From Patescibacteria group bacterium (lineage in GTDB: Bacteria; Patescibacteriota; Minisyncoccia; Minisyncoccales; UBA5738), in the NCBI GenBank assembly GCA_022710775.1, contig JAKLGH010000001.1, positions 201,746-265,745 on the forward strand: a stretch of DNA of 64,000 bases, in the 5' to 3' direction. The position numbers were made by a program, and so were the translations under genes. The notes beneath the pieces were generated by a model, which saw only the letters and a program-made list of their open reading frames with translations, ran no database searches and was not told where the DNA came from. Each line of letters opens with the position of its first letter. Positions within the stretch are counted from its first letter, which is position 1. Positions 37,912-46,599 of the stretch are shown piece after piece.

Positions 37912-38664
37912 ATGGACACAAAAGAAATTTTTGAACGCCTTGGACTGCCAAAACATTCCGGCACGGTTTATGAAACGCTGCGGCGTATTGGACCAATGAC
38001 CGCCACGGATATTTGCCGTGAGGCCCGCCTTCACCGGCCGGCGGTTTACCGCGTTCTCTCCCCCCTTGGCGTGCGGGGCTTTGTTTTTTTTACCAGCAAA
38101 AAACGGCGCAAGCTTTACCACGCGTCCAATCCCCGCCTCATCGCGGCCGCTTTTGCCAAGACTAGCGCGGCCGTGGAATCCGCGATGGCCAAAAAAATTG
38201 TGGCCGACAGCCTTTACCGGCAAAAAGAAATCCGCTTTTTAAGCGGATTTAAAGGCATCCAAGCCGCCTTTGACGACGTGATCAGCCACATGGAACGCGG
38301 CGGCACGTTTTACCGCTACACTTCCGAAAAAGACCTGGACGCCGTGAACGAATACCTGGCAAAAGACTATCGGGCGCGCCGCGATAAAAAAAAGCTGGAA
38401 CGCATGGTAATCAGCAACCCGGTTTCAGGCAAACGAAAAAAACCGCGCTTGGAACGGTTCGTGAAATATATACCGCCGGAAGCCGATTTGTTTGACCAAA
38501 ACATCATCCAGCTGGTCTACGGCAACCGCCTGTCGTTCATCGATCTTAACACCGAGCGGGTTTTGATCATCGAAAACAAAGCAATGGCTGATTTTCAAAA
38601 AGTGATCTTTAAACAGCTTTATAACAAACTGCCTCTGCCTTTTTCCCCGGCCTCAAACCGGTAG
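37912..38664 (+). CDS. TrmB-family transcriptional regulator
   Basis: N-terminal wHTH LGLPKHSGTVYETLRRIGPMTATDICREARLHRPAVYRVLSPL. Promoter TTGACA at 37849-37854. Confidence 0.6.
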   Translation: MDTKEIFERLGLPKHSGTVYETLRRIGPMTATDICREARLHRPAVYRVLSPLGVRGFVFFTSKKRRKLYHASNPRLIAAAFAKTSAAVESAMAKKIVADSLYRQKEIRFLSGFKGIQAAFDDVISHMERGGTFYRYTSEKDLDAVNEYLAKDYRARRDKKKLERMVISNPVSGKRKKPRLERFVKYIPPEADLFDQNIIQLVYGNRLSFIDLNTERVLIIENKAMADFQKVIFKQLYNKLPLPFSPASNR

Positions 38665-38712
38665 CTTCTTTTTTTTGGCGTTCGTTTAAAACAAAAGGTT
38701 AAGCGGTTCCAC

Positions 38713-39948
38713 TTAACCCATTTCCACATATGCTTCTTGTATGCCGTTGGCCGGATCAAGCCCCAGCCTTGCCAGTACCTCCGCGATCTGCGGCTCAACC
38801 GTCCCTTTCTTCATCGCTCTTATTTCGACAAACGTTCCAAGGTTGGTCCTGGCCCCGTTTTTAATGCTGATAACCTTGTCCACCGAAAAGATCAACCCGT
38901 CCAAATGATACAATACCCTTAGCTTCTCGATAACCTTTACCTGCTTGCCGTATATGGCTATGAAGTTCCGCATGGTTTTGGCGTTGATCTCAAATTCGAT
39001 CTTCTGACGCTCGCGGTAATCCGATCCCAGTTTCCTCGGTCCTTTATAGGTGATACTGCGGGAACCAAGCTCTTCCCTGATCCTTAGGGATTCACCCGTC
39101 CTGCTCAAATCTCGGTCAAACGGATTGAAATAAGTGTCCCTTTGCCTTATCGCTCCAAGCCGTTCGCCGCCGATCCGGCGCAAGGTTTCGGGATCGAATT
39201 TTACCCGGAATTTCAACTGAACCTCGCTTAGCCCGGCGCGTTCAGCTTCGATGTCGGGTTGGTATTCGTTTTGGATGATGATATGGGCGTTTTTGGTTTG
39301 TTTTTCGACCCACTTTTCGTGCATCGGCTGGACCACGGAAGCGAAATAATCTAAGATCTGCGCGGGAGTCATATCGGTGCGGTCAACATCGCGCACAATC
39401 CGTCTGATCAGCCGTCCATGGGTGCCGATTTGAACAAACACCCTAACCCTGGTAAATTCCATCAGGTCGTCATGGATCGCAAACAACCCTTCAGGAATGA
39501 TCAATTTACAGGGTAAAAACTGCTCCTGGCCAACTCGTTCTCCGGTTTTAAAACTGTAAATGGGTTTCATTACCGGCTGACCTTGCGTTAAATTAGCCAG
39601 ATGTTGGGCGATCAGTTTCATATCATAGGCCTTTGGGTGATCAAAGTTTGGAACGCTATTTAAGGCCATCAGTCTTTTCCCGATTAGGTAGTCATCTATC
39701 GACAAAATTGCCGACGATGGCGCGAATTCATCGCGCAATTTTTTGGACACTCCGGTTGTCTTGCCCGAAGCCGAGCCGCCGGCAATTGCCGCGATACCCA
39801 CTTCTTCGTCGCCAACAAGCAGGGTAGCCATTTCAAACAGGATTTCCAGTCCGGGCTCCAAACCGTAATCCATTACTTTCCATTCGGCCCTATCCCAGGG
39901 ATATAAGCACTTCACGATCCTCACCTCAAAATTTTCTTTGGTAAACAA
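38713..39948 (-). CDS. uridine-kinase/PRK-family P-loop kinase fused to CYTH domain
   Basis: P-loop GGSASGKTT in the N-terminal half. The C-terminal half has EVQLKFRV ... RIREE ... YKG ... FVEIR, a CYTH-like beta-barrel pattern. Confidence 0.65.
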   Translation of the reverse strand: MFTKENFEVRIVKCLYPWDRAEWKVMDYGLEPGLEILFEMATLLVGDEEVGIAAIAGGSASGKTTGVSKKLRDEFAPSSAILSIDDYLIGKRLMALNSVPNFDHPKAYDMKLIAQHLANLTQGQPVMKPIYSFKTGERVGQEQFLPCKLIIPEGLFAIHDDLMEFTRVRVFVQIGTHGRLIRRIVRDVDRTDMTPAQILDYFASVVQPMHEKWVEKQTKNAHIIIQNEYQPDIEAERAGLSEVQLKFRVKFDPETLRRIGGERLGAIRQRDTYFNPFDRDLSRTGESLRIREELGSRSITYKGPRKLGSDYRERQKIEFEINAKTMRNFIAIYGKQVKVIEKLRVLYHLDGLIFSVDKVISIKNGARTNLGTFVEIRAMKKGTVEPQIAEVLARLGLDPANGIQEAYVEMG

Positions 39949-40129
39949 CTTCCATGATTAAGCCATAAAATAAAAATTTTGTAAAGATTTAGCGGCAAAA
40001 AAATATTTAAATAAGGGTGCTTTCCGCCAGCAAGCTCGACGGCAAAAACAATTGCTTAAATTATCTGCCAGCTGTATAAAAAAACATGGAGATCGGTCCA
40101 TGACACGTCTCCATTTGCTGGTTCCGCTT

Positions 40130-40459
40130 TTACTCTTCTGCCAGCGGAATGCGTTCCGGCACTTCCGTGAGCATTTCCGACAGCATCCATCCCGCCACCG
40201 ACTTCTTATCCTGATGCTTGATATCCATTGAGCCGATCAATCCGTAAAAACAATTTAGCTGGTGTTTGCGTATCGCCAGATCCGGCGATTTCCATTTCCA
40301 ATTACTGATTCTCGCGCCCTGATAAAAAATTCCCATTGCCAGGCTTGACCACGGATTGCCGTTCTTAAATTCGGCCGGGCACTCTTTAACCAGCTCTTCT
40401 TCGTTTGAAAGACCGCCCAAGGGCAAAGGCTTGCCCGCGAATAACTTACTTTCCGCCAT
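40130..40459 (-). CDS. hypothetical protein
   Basis: GGAGGGTAAGA RBS. Terminator ATGGAGA..TCTCCAT plus T7 at 40083-40115. Confidence 0.55.
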   Translation of the reverse strand: MAESKLFAGKPLPLGGLSNEEELVKECPAEFKNGNPWSSLAMGIFYQGARISNWKWKSPDLAIRKHQLNCFYGLIGSMDIKHQDKKSVAGWMLSEMLTEVPERIPLAEE

Positions 40460-40555
40460 TCTTACCCTCCGTATTTATTTTTTTATTACGCTCAAAAGTT
40501 CCCATATTTGAGAAAATTAGTCAAGAATAAAAAGGCGGGACAATCATTCCCGGCC

Positions 40556-40858
40556 CTATAGATCGAAAATTTCGGCAATGATCCGCCAGGTTTTCAGCAC
40601 CTCGGCGCGGTCACTGTCTTTTTCCCCTTCCGTAAGTCCGCTGTAATCCGTTTTTATCTGGCGTTCCAAATGCTCTACGTAATTCGCGGGTATGACCAGA
40701 TTCCCTTTGCCATCTTGCATGCACTTGCCGTGCAGATGCCTTTGCCAGCCTGCCCATCTTGCGTGTTCAAGCGCCGCCAATCGCTCAAAAATTTCCCTTT
40801 CCCGCGGCGTCAGTTTTTCCAGCTCGTCCAATGACTCAATCCCGGTCAATTTGTCCAT
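40556..40858 (-). CDS. hypothetical protein
   Basis: ORF in track. LAALEHARWAGW segment. No firm family call. Confidence 0.5.
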   Translation of the reverse strand: MDKLTGIESLDELEKLTPREREIFERLAALEHARWAGWQRHLHGKCMQDGKGNLVIPANYVEHLERQIKTDYSGLTEGEKDSDRAEVLKTWRIIAEIFDL

Positions 40859-40965
40859 ATCTTCACCTTTTTAGCGCGTAAGCCGTCGGCAAAAATGTCC
40901 AACAGCTACAACAATAATACATTTCAATATTATTATCAACTTGCGAAGGAAGGAATTTTACCTGC

Positions 40966-41370
40966 CTATTTTTTCAGTTCCCACAGGCCGTGAACGTTGC
41001 AATAAGCCCGAACGCTCGCGATATCCATCCGGGTATAAAAATCGGATTCCGGCTTTTCTCCGGGCTTCAAAAACTTTTTCCCGGACTTGCCGTCAACGGT
41101 ATTGATCTCGATCCATTCAATAAAGTGTTCGGCAACCATGGGGTGCTCCGCTTCTCCAACCTTTATTTTGATGCCGTCCTTCACCTGGCAGGCGCTAGGC
41201 GGAAGATCCACCGCAACCGGCACGTGTTTTTCCGCACCCTGGTCTTGGGTTTTAGCCGCCATTGAATCCATAGGCTGGCCGCAACATACCAGCGTCCCGC
41301 CGCCGGCATGCAAAACTTCAACGATGTTGCCGCAAATCGAACACTTATAAACCTCTTTGAATTGAGCCAT
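40966..41370 (-). CDS. dfx: desulfoferrodoxin (class I superoxide reductase)
   Basis: Desulforedoxin N-terminus YKCSICGNIVEVLHAGGGTLVCCGQPM. KHVPV, HPM, and C-terminal YCNVHGLW. Confidence 0.85.
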   Translation of the reverse strand: MAQFKEVYKCSICGNIVEVLHAGGGTLVCCGQPMDSMAAKTQDQGAEKHVPVAVDLPPSACQVKDGIKIKVGEAEHPMVAEHFIEWIEINTVDGKSGKKFLKPGEKPESDFYTRMDIASVRAYCNVHGLWELKK

Positions 41371-41467
41371 ATTTTTTCTTTGTTTTATTTGTTTTAGCTT
41401 AGCATAAAAACGGGAATTTAGAACTGACCGAGAAATAAATATAAAGGCCGCTTTAAGGCGGCCTTGG

Positions 41468-41788
41468 CTAAAACCGGGGCTTTACGACTTTCCTTTCTTC
41501 CGTTTTATCCGTTATCTGGACCAAATCGCAAATCTCGCATTGGCGGGTCCAGCGGGGGGTTTCTTTTCGGGAAACATAAACCGGCCCCTGCCAATCGACA
41601 CCATGGGTACCGGGTTTATCCCCCGGTAATGTGTGGGCTTCAACAACGATCGGATCATAACGAATCGGGCCCCATTTATGAAAGCAGCTTCTTTGAATCA
41701 CATTGAGCCGCTCTTTGGCTGATTCCAGGTTGCGGCTCAACTCTTCGATCTCTCGATTTAATTTTTGGACTTCTGTGCTCGCCATCAT
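41468..41788 (-). CDS. hypothetical protein
   Basis: AGGAGGTGG RBS before ATGATG at 41788/41785. Lies immediately downstream of the IS end. Confidence 0.55.
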   Translation of the reverse strand: MMASTEVQKLNREIEELSRNLESAKERLNVIQRSCFHKWGPIRYDPIVVEAHTLPGDKPGTHGVDWQGPVYVSRKETPRWTRQCEICDLVQITDKTEERKVVKPRF

Positions 41789-41831
41789 CCACCTCCTGAT
41801 TCTACTATTTATAAATAACATATTTTCTTAA

Positions 41832-42420
41832 TTTGTCAACAACCCCGGCCTGAAGGCCGGGGCTTGTTAGAGGTTCTCTTGGTTCCTTTGATTTTTGAGG
41901 TACTCTCGCATGGCTTTCTCATTGAGGCGCCCCACAGATTCAACAAAATAGCCATCCTGCCAGAAACTGTCGCCCCACAAAAATTCCTGCAATTCGGGAA
42001 ACTCCTTGCGCAGCACCTTCGAAGAGCCGCCCTTGAAAAAATTCACTGCTTTCGCTGGAGTTACGTTAGCCGGAAGTTTGATCAGCATGTGCAAGTGGTC
42101 AGGCATAGCTTCAACATCATGGACAAACCAACGATTCGTTTCCGCACACTGGAATAAGAGCTCCCGGATGCGCAACGCAAGCTTCCCCTGCAATACCCGG
42201 TTCCGATACTTTGGCGCGCAAACAATGTGATACGTAAGCCGATGGAAGGAGTGGGCGCCTTTCCAAAAAAATATCTTTTCGATTTTCATTCACTCATTTT
42301 ACCCTCAAAAATCAAAGGAACCAAGATAAAGGCACCCTCCATCCCGCTCTGTTCGGCGGGATTCCGGGGCGGGCCTTTTCCCCGGCCTGAAGGCCGGGGC
42401 TTGCGGCCCGGTTAAGTCAA
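41832..42420 (-). mobile_element. IS200/IS605-family element (tnpA only), 589 bp
   Basis: Limits come from identity with the 44917..45078 copy. Identical subterminal hairpins CCCCGGCCTGAAGGCCGGGG at 41843-41862 and 42381-42400. No terminal inverted repeats, as expected for this family. Confidence 0.75.
41867..42289 (-). CDS. tnpA: IS200/IS605 Y1 (HUH) transposase TnpA / RAYT-like
   Basis: 140 aa. HUH motif DHLHMLIK. C-terminal catalytic Tyr context REYLKNQ (YxxxQ). LTYHIVCAPKYR N-terminus typical of the family. Confidence 0.85.
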   Translation of the reverse strand: MKIEKIFFWKGAHSFHRLTYHIVCAPKYRNRVLQGKLALRIRELLFQCAETNRWFVHDVEAMPDHLHMLIKLPANVTPAKAVNFFKGGSSKVLRKEFPELQEFLWGDSFWQDGYFVESVGRLNEKAMREYLKNQRNQENL

Positions 42421-42539
42421 ATAAACGCCGAGGCAATGCCTTGGCTTTCATATGTTTTTTGTTTATCTGTCTATCATACCTTGTCAGCCTAGCAAAGATC
42501 CATTAAGGGATAAAGAAAAAAGGAAGGTTTTACCTTCCC

Positions 42540-43121
42540 TTAAGCCTCGTATACAACCACGGTCTCTGTGGCGTTAAATTGTTCTCTGCCGTTCAGATCC
42601 AGAATGTCAATATCAATGGTTTCCGGACCCAAAACCCTATACCATAACGTGAAATCGTGGCGCTTTTCTCCTTCCATTATATAACCAACCGCCTTGTCCG
42701 GAATCCCATCAAAATCGCTGGCTATCATAAGCGCCTCATCGCTTCCGTCGCTGAGCTCCTCCTTTCTGAAGGTAAAAGCTTCTCCATGGGAAGCAATTTC
42801 AATCATACCGTCTTTGCCCGGGACAATTCTTATGCACGTTGCTCCTTCGAATTGCGACCTCAAATATTCTGATAGATCGTCAATTCTTATCTTAACGCTA
42901 TCGGGTTCGCACCAACAATTCTCGATTGCGCCGGTGCTGGCGTTCTGCGTGGCCGCCCAAACCATGTTGTCCGGAGCCGGCGTGAAGGTTTCTCTTTCCA
43001 GAGAATTATTAAAGTCACAATCTTCCGTACATCCGAATGCTATAACGGCTTTAACTTCCATGCCTGTGCCGATTCCAAACAGGCAGGCCAGGAGCAGTAA
43101 GCTCCACAATAATTTGCTCAT
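42540..43121 (-). CDS. secreted hypothetical protein
   Basis: Signal MSKLLWSLLLLACLFGIGTG. Weak similarity to 1478..2032 (PGKDGMIEI/PGPDGMFNL, AVGYIMEGE/AIGYYISNEGE). Confidence 0.6.
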   Translation of the reverse strand: MSKLLWSLLLLACLFGIGTGMEVKAVIAFGCTEDCDFNNSLERETFTPAPDNMVWAATQNASTGAIENCWCEPDSVKIRIDDLSEYLRSQFEGATCIRIVPGKDGMIEIASHGEAFTFRKEELSDGSDEALMIASDFDGIPDKAVGYIMEGEKRHDFTLWYRVLGPETIDIDILDLNGREQFNATETVVVYEA

Positions 43122-43309
43122 CTCGTTTCACTCCTTTTTGGCTAATAGTTTGTTATATATTTAATTAATTATTTGTCAAGTATATTGAAGTACGTTATTT
43201 CAAAAAAGTTTAAAAAAGCAACCAGAGCCTTGGTTTGTAATTAAAAACGGCAAATTTATTGCCGCCTATTGTATAAAAAAACACTATCCGGTTTTTGATC
43301 CGCTAAATT

Positions 43310-43585
43310 TCAAAATACGCGCGGTTGGATAATGACATGCCAGCTGCCCAGATCGAACGGTTCGGTTGGTCTTTCTTTTACCCAATTCCTGTCAGGACCG
43401 ACCCACCGGGTTTTTTTGGTTTTTTCGCCGTTTCCGTCATACCCGAAGGATTCGCCGTTTAGGATTCCCTCGCATTTTGGACAGCGCAATTCCGCATTCA
43501 TCGCGTCGGCCGGAAGATCCTCTATCGACAATAACAATCCGCAATGTTCGCACAAGCCCAAGCAATCCAGCAAATATGTTCTCAA
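43310..43585 (-). CDS. zinc-ribbon small protein
   Basis: CEHCG ... CPKCEG cysteine pairs. Confidence 0.5.
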   Translation of the reverse strand: MRTYLLDCLGLCEHCGLLLSIEDLPADAMNAELRCPKCEGILNGESFGYDGNGEKTKKTRWVGPDRNWVKERPTEPFDLGSWHVIIQPRVF

Positions 43586-43679
43586 AACATCACCTCGATT
43601 TTCTTGACACCCAAAATTTATCGCCCTTTAACCAAAACAATACCGGCTAAATTCAACTACTTTGGCAAAAATGAAGTGT

Positions 43680-44153
43680 TTAGCCCACTATATAGCCGCA
43701 CCGCTTCCTGGCCAGGGTCCTTGTTATTTTTCGCCAGGCTTCGATTGCGCAAAACGGGTCCAGCGCGCCTTTCCATAAATTACTAACCGTGAGTTCTGTC
43801 CACTGATTTGCACCGCACATTTTCTCCGGCGGGTTCCCCGAACGCCGTGCTTTTAAAACCAAACAGCATTCTTTGGCGCCGTTAGCGGCTACATACGCGC
43901 CTACTTTCACCCTTGAACGGGCGGTAGCTTTCTTGGCGGTTTTAACCTCAAGGTTTTCGGGTTCGGGCGGAAATCCCAACGGTATCACATGGATCGCCCG
44001 CTGTTCAGTAAAATGGCCAAAATGTCCGGGCTGGCCAATTTCTTCTACCGTGAAAAGCGTAAAATACCGGGGATTTTTTGCCGTTGCTTTAGTCTCGCGC
44101 GCTTCAGACATTTCAATCACTTCAGCGCCAAGTTCCACATAAGCTCCTTTCAT
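43680..44153 (-). CDS. hypothetical protein
   Basis: ORF in track; RBS-like GGAGATGAGACGCA upstream. Confidence 0.5.
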   Translation of the reverse strand: MKGAYVELGAEVIEMSEARETKATAKNPRYFTLFTVEEIGQPGHFGHFTEQRAIHVIPLGFPPEPENLEVKTAKKATARSRVKVGAYVAANGAKECCLVLKARRSGNPPEKMCGANQWTELTVSNLWKGALDPFCAIEAWRKITRTLARKRCGYIVG

Positions 44154-44174
44154 TGCGTCTCATCTCCTGAATTA

Positions 44175-44855
44175 TTACGGTTGGGGGCTGGGCAGCGGCT
44201 TGTACGCCGAAGCAATACCGTCATCCACGTCCGCACCGGGGTGGACAAAACGAATGTTTATGACATCCATTTCATATTCTTCACCATGGCAGTTGATTCT
44301 GGTTTCGGGCGCGGTGTGAATGCCAATAGTATGGCTGTTGCTGGCCGTCCTGATAGACCGGTAGCCGAAATTTTCCCAATGTTCGCTGTACCGCCCAGCC
44401 ACAAACAGCAAGTTCACTATCTCCCGCGCGGCCGGCACATACCGGTATTGGGAAAACAGCTTCAGCTGGCTTTGTAAATCATGCCGCCAGTTGATCTTTT
44501 TTGAAGTAAATAGCGGTTTGGCGCGAATCAGGCGCCACGCCGGTATTGCCGTTTCGTGCAAATACGGCTCATCGCAGCTCCACGTAAAATTCCCATATTG
44601 GTTTGGCTGGAACAAATCAGGTTTCAATCCACGCATCATAATGATCGACAGCCCGAAATCCGGCACCAATATGTAGGTATTTCTGGTTCTTCTAAGCAGT
44701 TCCTCCGAAAAAGGTATGAATTCAAACCAACCCTTCTTTCTTTGGTCGGCAAATACTTGGCCGAGTTCCCGTTCGGCATGGTAGATATTGACGATATTAT
44801 CGTCCATTATCTGGTGCGCTTCGCTACGCGTTACCCAAAATTTTTTAGCTAACAT
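44175..44855 (-). CDS. hypothetical protein
   Basis: TTAGGAGGCAATAGA RBS before ATG 44855. Confidence 0.6.
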   Translation of the reverse strand: MLAKKFWVTRSEAHQIMDDNIVNIYHAERELGQVFADQRKKGWFEFIPFSEELLRRTRNTYILVPDFGLSIIMMRGLKPDLFQPNQYGNFTWSCDEPYLHETAIPAWRLIRAKPLFTSKKINWRHDLQSQLKLFSQYRYVPAAREIVNLLFVAGRYSEHWENFGYRSIRTASNSHTIGIHTAPETRINCHGEEYEMDVINIRFVHPGADVDDGIASAYKPLPSPQP

Positions 44856-44916
44856 TCTATTGCCTCCTAAGGCCGATTTTTAAACGTTCTGCGATGATAT
44901 TAAAACAACGGCAGAT

Positions 44917-45078
44917 TTTGTCAACAACCCCGGCCTGAAGGCCGGGGCTTGTTAGAGGTTCTCTTGGTTCCTTCGAAACCAAGCTAAAGGCGCCCTCCAT
45001 CCCGCTCTGTTCGGCGGGATTCCGGGGCGGGCCTTTTCCCCGGCCTGAAGGCCGGGGCTTGCGGCCCGGTTAAGTCAA
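44917..45078 (-). mobile_element. 162-bp non-autonomous derivative (MITE/PATE-like) of the IS200-type element
   Basis: Both ends match 41832..42420 nearly base for base, including both CCCCGGCCTGAAGGCCGGGG hairpins and the ATCCCGC..GCGGGAT hairpin. tnpA is replaced by the short hairpin CTTGGTTCCTTCGAAACCAAG. Confidence 0.8.
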
Positions 45079-45125
45079 TAAAACAAAAGCCTATCTCATA
45101 ATAGGCTTCATTAGATTTAACCGTT

Positions 45126-45467
45126 TCACATTAAATCTGTGACGGTTCCGTCTTTTGCTATAACTCCCTGCGTGGTCACCTTCAAAAGGTATGTTCCCAC
45201 CTTGATGATGCTGCCTTGAGGAGACCGCGACCAAAGATCCACGGCCGCGTAATGCAGCGAAACCGGCACGGGCGACAAATAAGTATAGGGGTTTGCCATC
45301 GTGCCATCCCCCTGCATTAAAATGCCATCGGCGTAATGTGGTCCATTGATATATTCCCAATCTTTCTTATTTGGTTCCAGCATCGCTTGTCCGATTTGCT
45401 CGCCAAAATCTCCGCCAACGGAGACATATATCGGCCCCGCCTTTCTTAATATATCTTTAAAAGACAT
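45126..45467 (-). CDS. hypothetical protein
   Basis: GGAGGATCAGG RBS. Promoter TTGACA-17-TATAAG at about 45490-45520. Confidence 0.55.
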   Translation of the reverse strand: MSFKDILRKAGPIYVSVGGDFGEQIGQAMLEPNKKDWEYINGPHYADGILMQGDGTMANPYTYLSPVPVSLHYAAVDLWSRSPQGSIIKVGTYLLKVTTQGVIAKDGTVTDLM

Positions 45468-45720
45468 CCTGATCCTCCATAGATAATAACCATCTTATAA
45501 TATATATTTATTATTTTGTCAATCATTGATCGGAATAATCGCAGTCGGTAGATAACCGCGCCGCAAGAAACCCGGCAAGGGCTTCTTTTTTGTTTTGAAA
45601 CCAAAAAACCAGCTTCCCAGAGTCCCGGTCTCTGTGGAATGGGGGGTCTTTGATACACGCGCGCAAAAAAACTCCATCAATATAGATGGAGAATAAATTA
45701 CGCCTTTCATTTGGCCTGCG

Positions 45721-46209
45721 TCAGCTTGTGTTATTAACTATGGCCATTGGCTGCATCACAAGCAATTTTCCAATGGTCATGCGGCCCTTTAGGTATTTCG
45801 CTTTCACCTCTTCATTTAGACCAAATTCTGGACTGAACAGGAAATCTTTTTCCGTTAAGCCGGTCCTTGCCAAAAACTGAAATGAATCTTTCGCGATGTC
45901 CTTTAATGTTGGTAGCAGTATATCTTTCAGTTTTGCCGTCATCATGCCTAGCAACGACCCAAGCTCCTTGTTGGGCATCGACTTTACAAGAGCCTCGATA
46001 ACTCCGTTGTCAAGAGTGTATTCGATAACTCTTACCTTGGCATCCGTAAAGCTGGATACGGTGAGAGGCTTATCGACCAAGTCCGATAAAATTTCCGGCA
46101 GTTTCTCCACTGTTGGCCTGATCACCTCAAGCATTGATCCGGGAAACTCATCCGCCCTTGGATCTTTCTCAAAGGCGCTCCATACAGCTTCTCTTGATAT
46201 TTCCGCCAT
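45721..46209 (-). CDS. hypothetical protein
   Basis: AAGGAGGCAGTGATAA RBS. Promoter TTGACA-16-TATCAT at about 46240-46270. Terminator CTCCATC..GATGGAG plus T7. Confidence 0.6.
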   Translation of the reverse strand: MAEISREAVWSAFEKDPRADEFPGSMLEVIRPTVEKLPEILSDLVDKPLTVSSFTDAKVRVIEYTLDNGVIEALVKSMPNKELGSLLGMMTAKLKDILLPTLKDIAKDSFQFLARTGLTEKDFLFSPEFGLNEEVKAKYLKGRMTIGKLLVMQPMAIVNNTS

Positions 46210-46267
46210 TTATCACTGCCTCCTTTTTTTGTTAACAAAAAAAATGATATCACATTACTCTATATTG

Positions 46268-46591
46268 TCAAATTAGAAAGCGGTCCGCTTTAAACCGCAA
46301 ATAGCGCGAAAAGACCCAGCCGGCAACATGGCAGAAATTTGTAGATCGCACCATAGAATTACAGAGTCCCGGTCTCTGGAACGCCGTTAATTTGGTTGTA
46401 GTCAGTTTATCTAATTTAGTATGTAAAACCCAATTACAATAAAATCTTAATGTTTTGTATCGATTAGATCCGTCTAAATCCAATATTTTTCGAATTCGAA
46501 CTAATAAATAAACCACTTCATTCCTTTGAGTAAGTTTCGATTTATTTTCTAAAAAAACTTTCAGATCGTTTATGAAATTGTTTTTATTCAT
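46268..46591 (-). pseudogene. 5' fragment of an AT-rich island gene fused to unrelated sequence
   Basis: The first ~70 codons are AT-rich and protein-like (MNKNNFINDLKVFLENKSKL...). The last ~35 codons lie in GC-richer DNA left of about 46380 and read as an arbitrary extension. Confidence 0.4.
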
Positions 46592-46599
46592 AAAGAAAT

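Noticed and set aside
45617-46378. 17-bp exact repeat CAGAGTCCCGGTCTCTG at 45617-45633 and 46362-46378; the latter lies at the composition break of the AT-rich island
   Set aside because: It is tempting as an att site, but the repeats flank a normal-composition gene rather than the island, and no copy exists at the other island end. A 17-mer match in 64 kb has an expected chance frequency of roughly 0.1-0.2. It is also a small hairpin that may simply be a terminator element.
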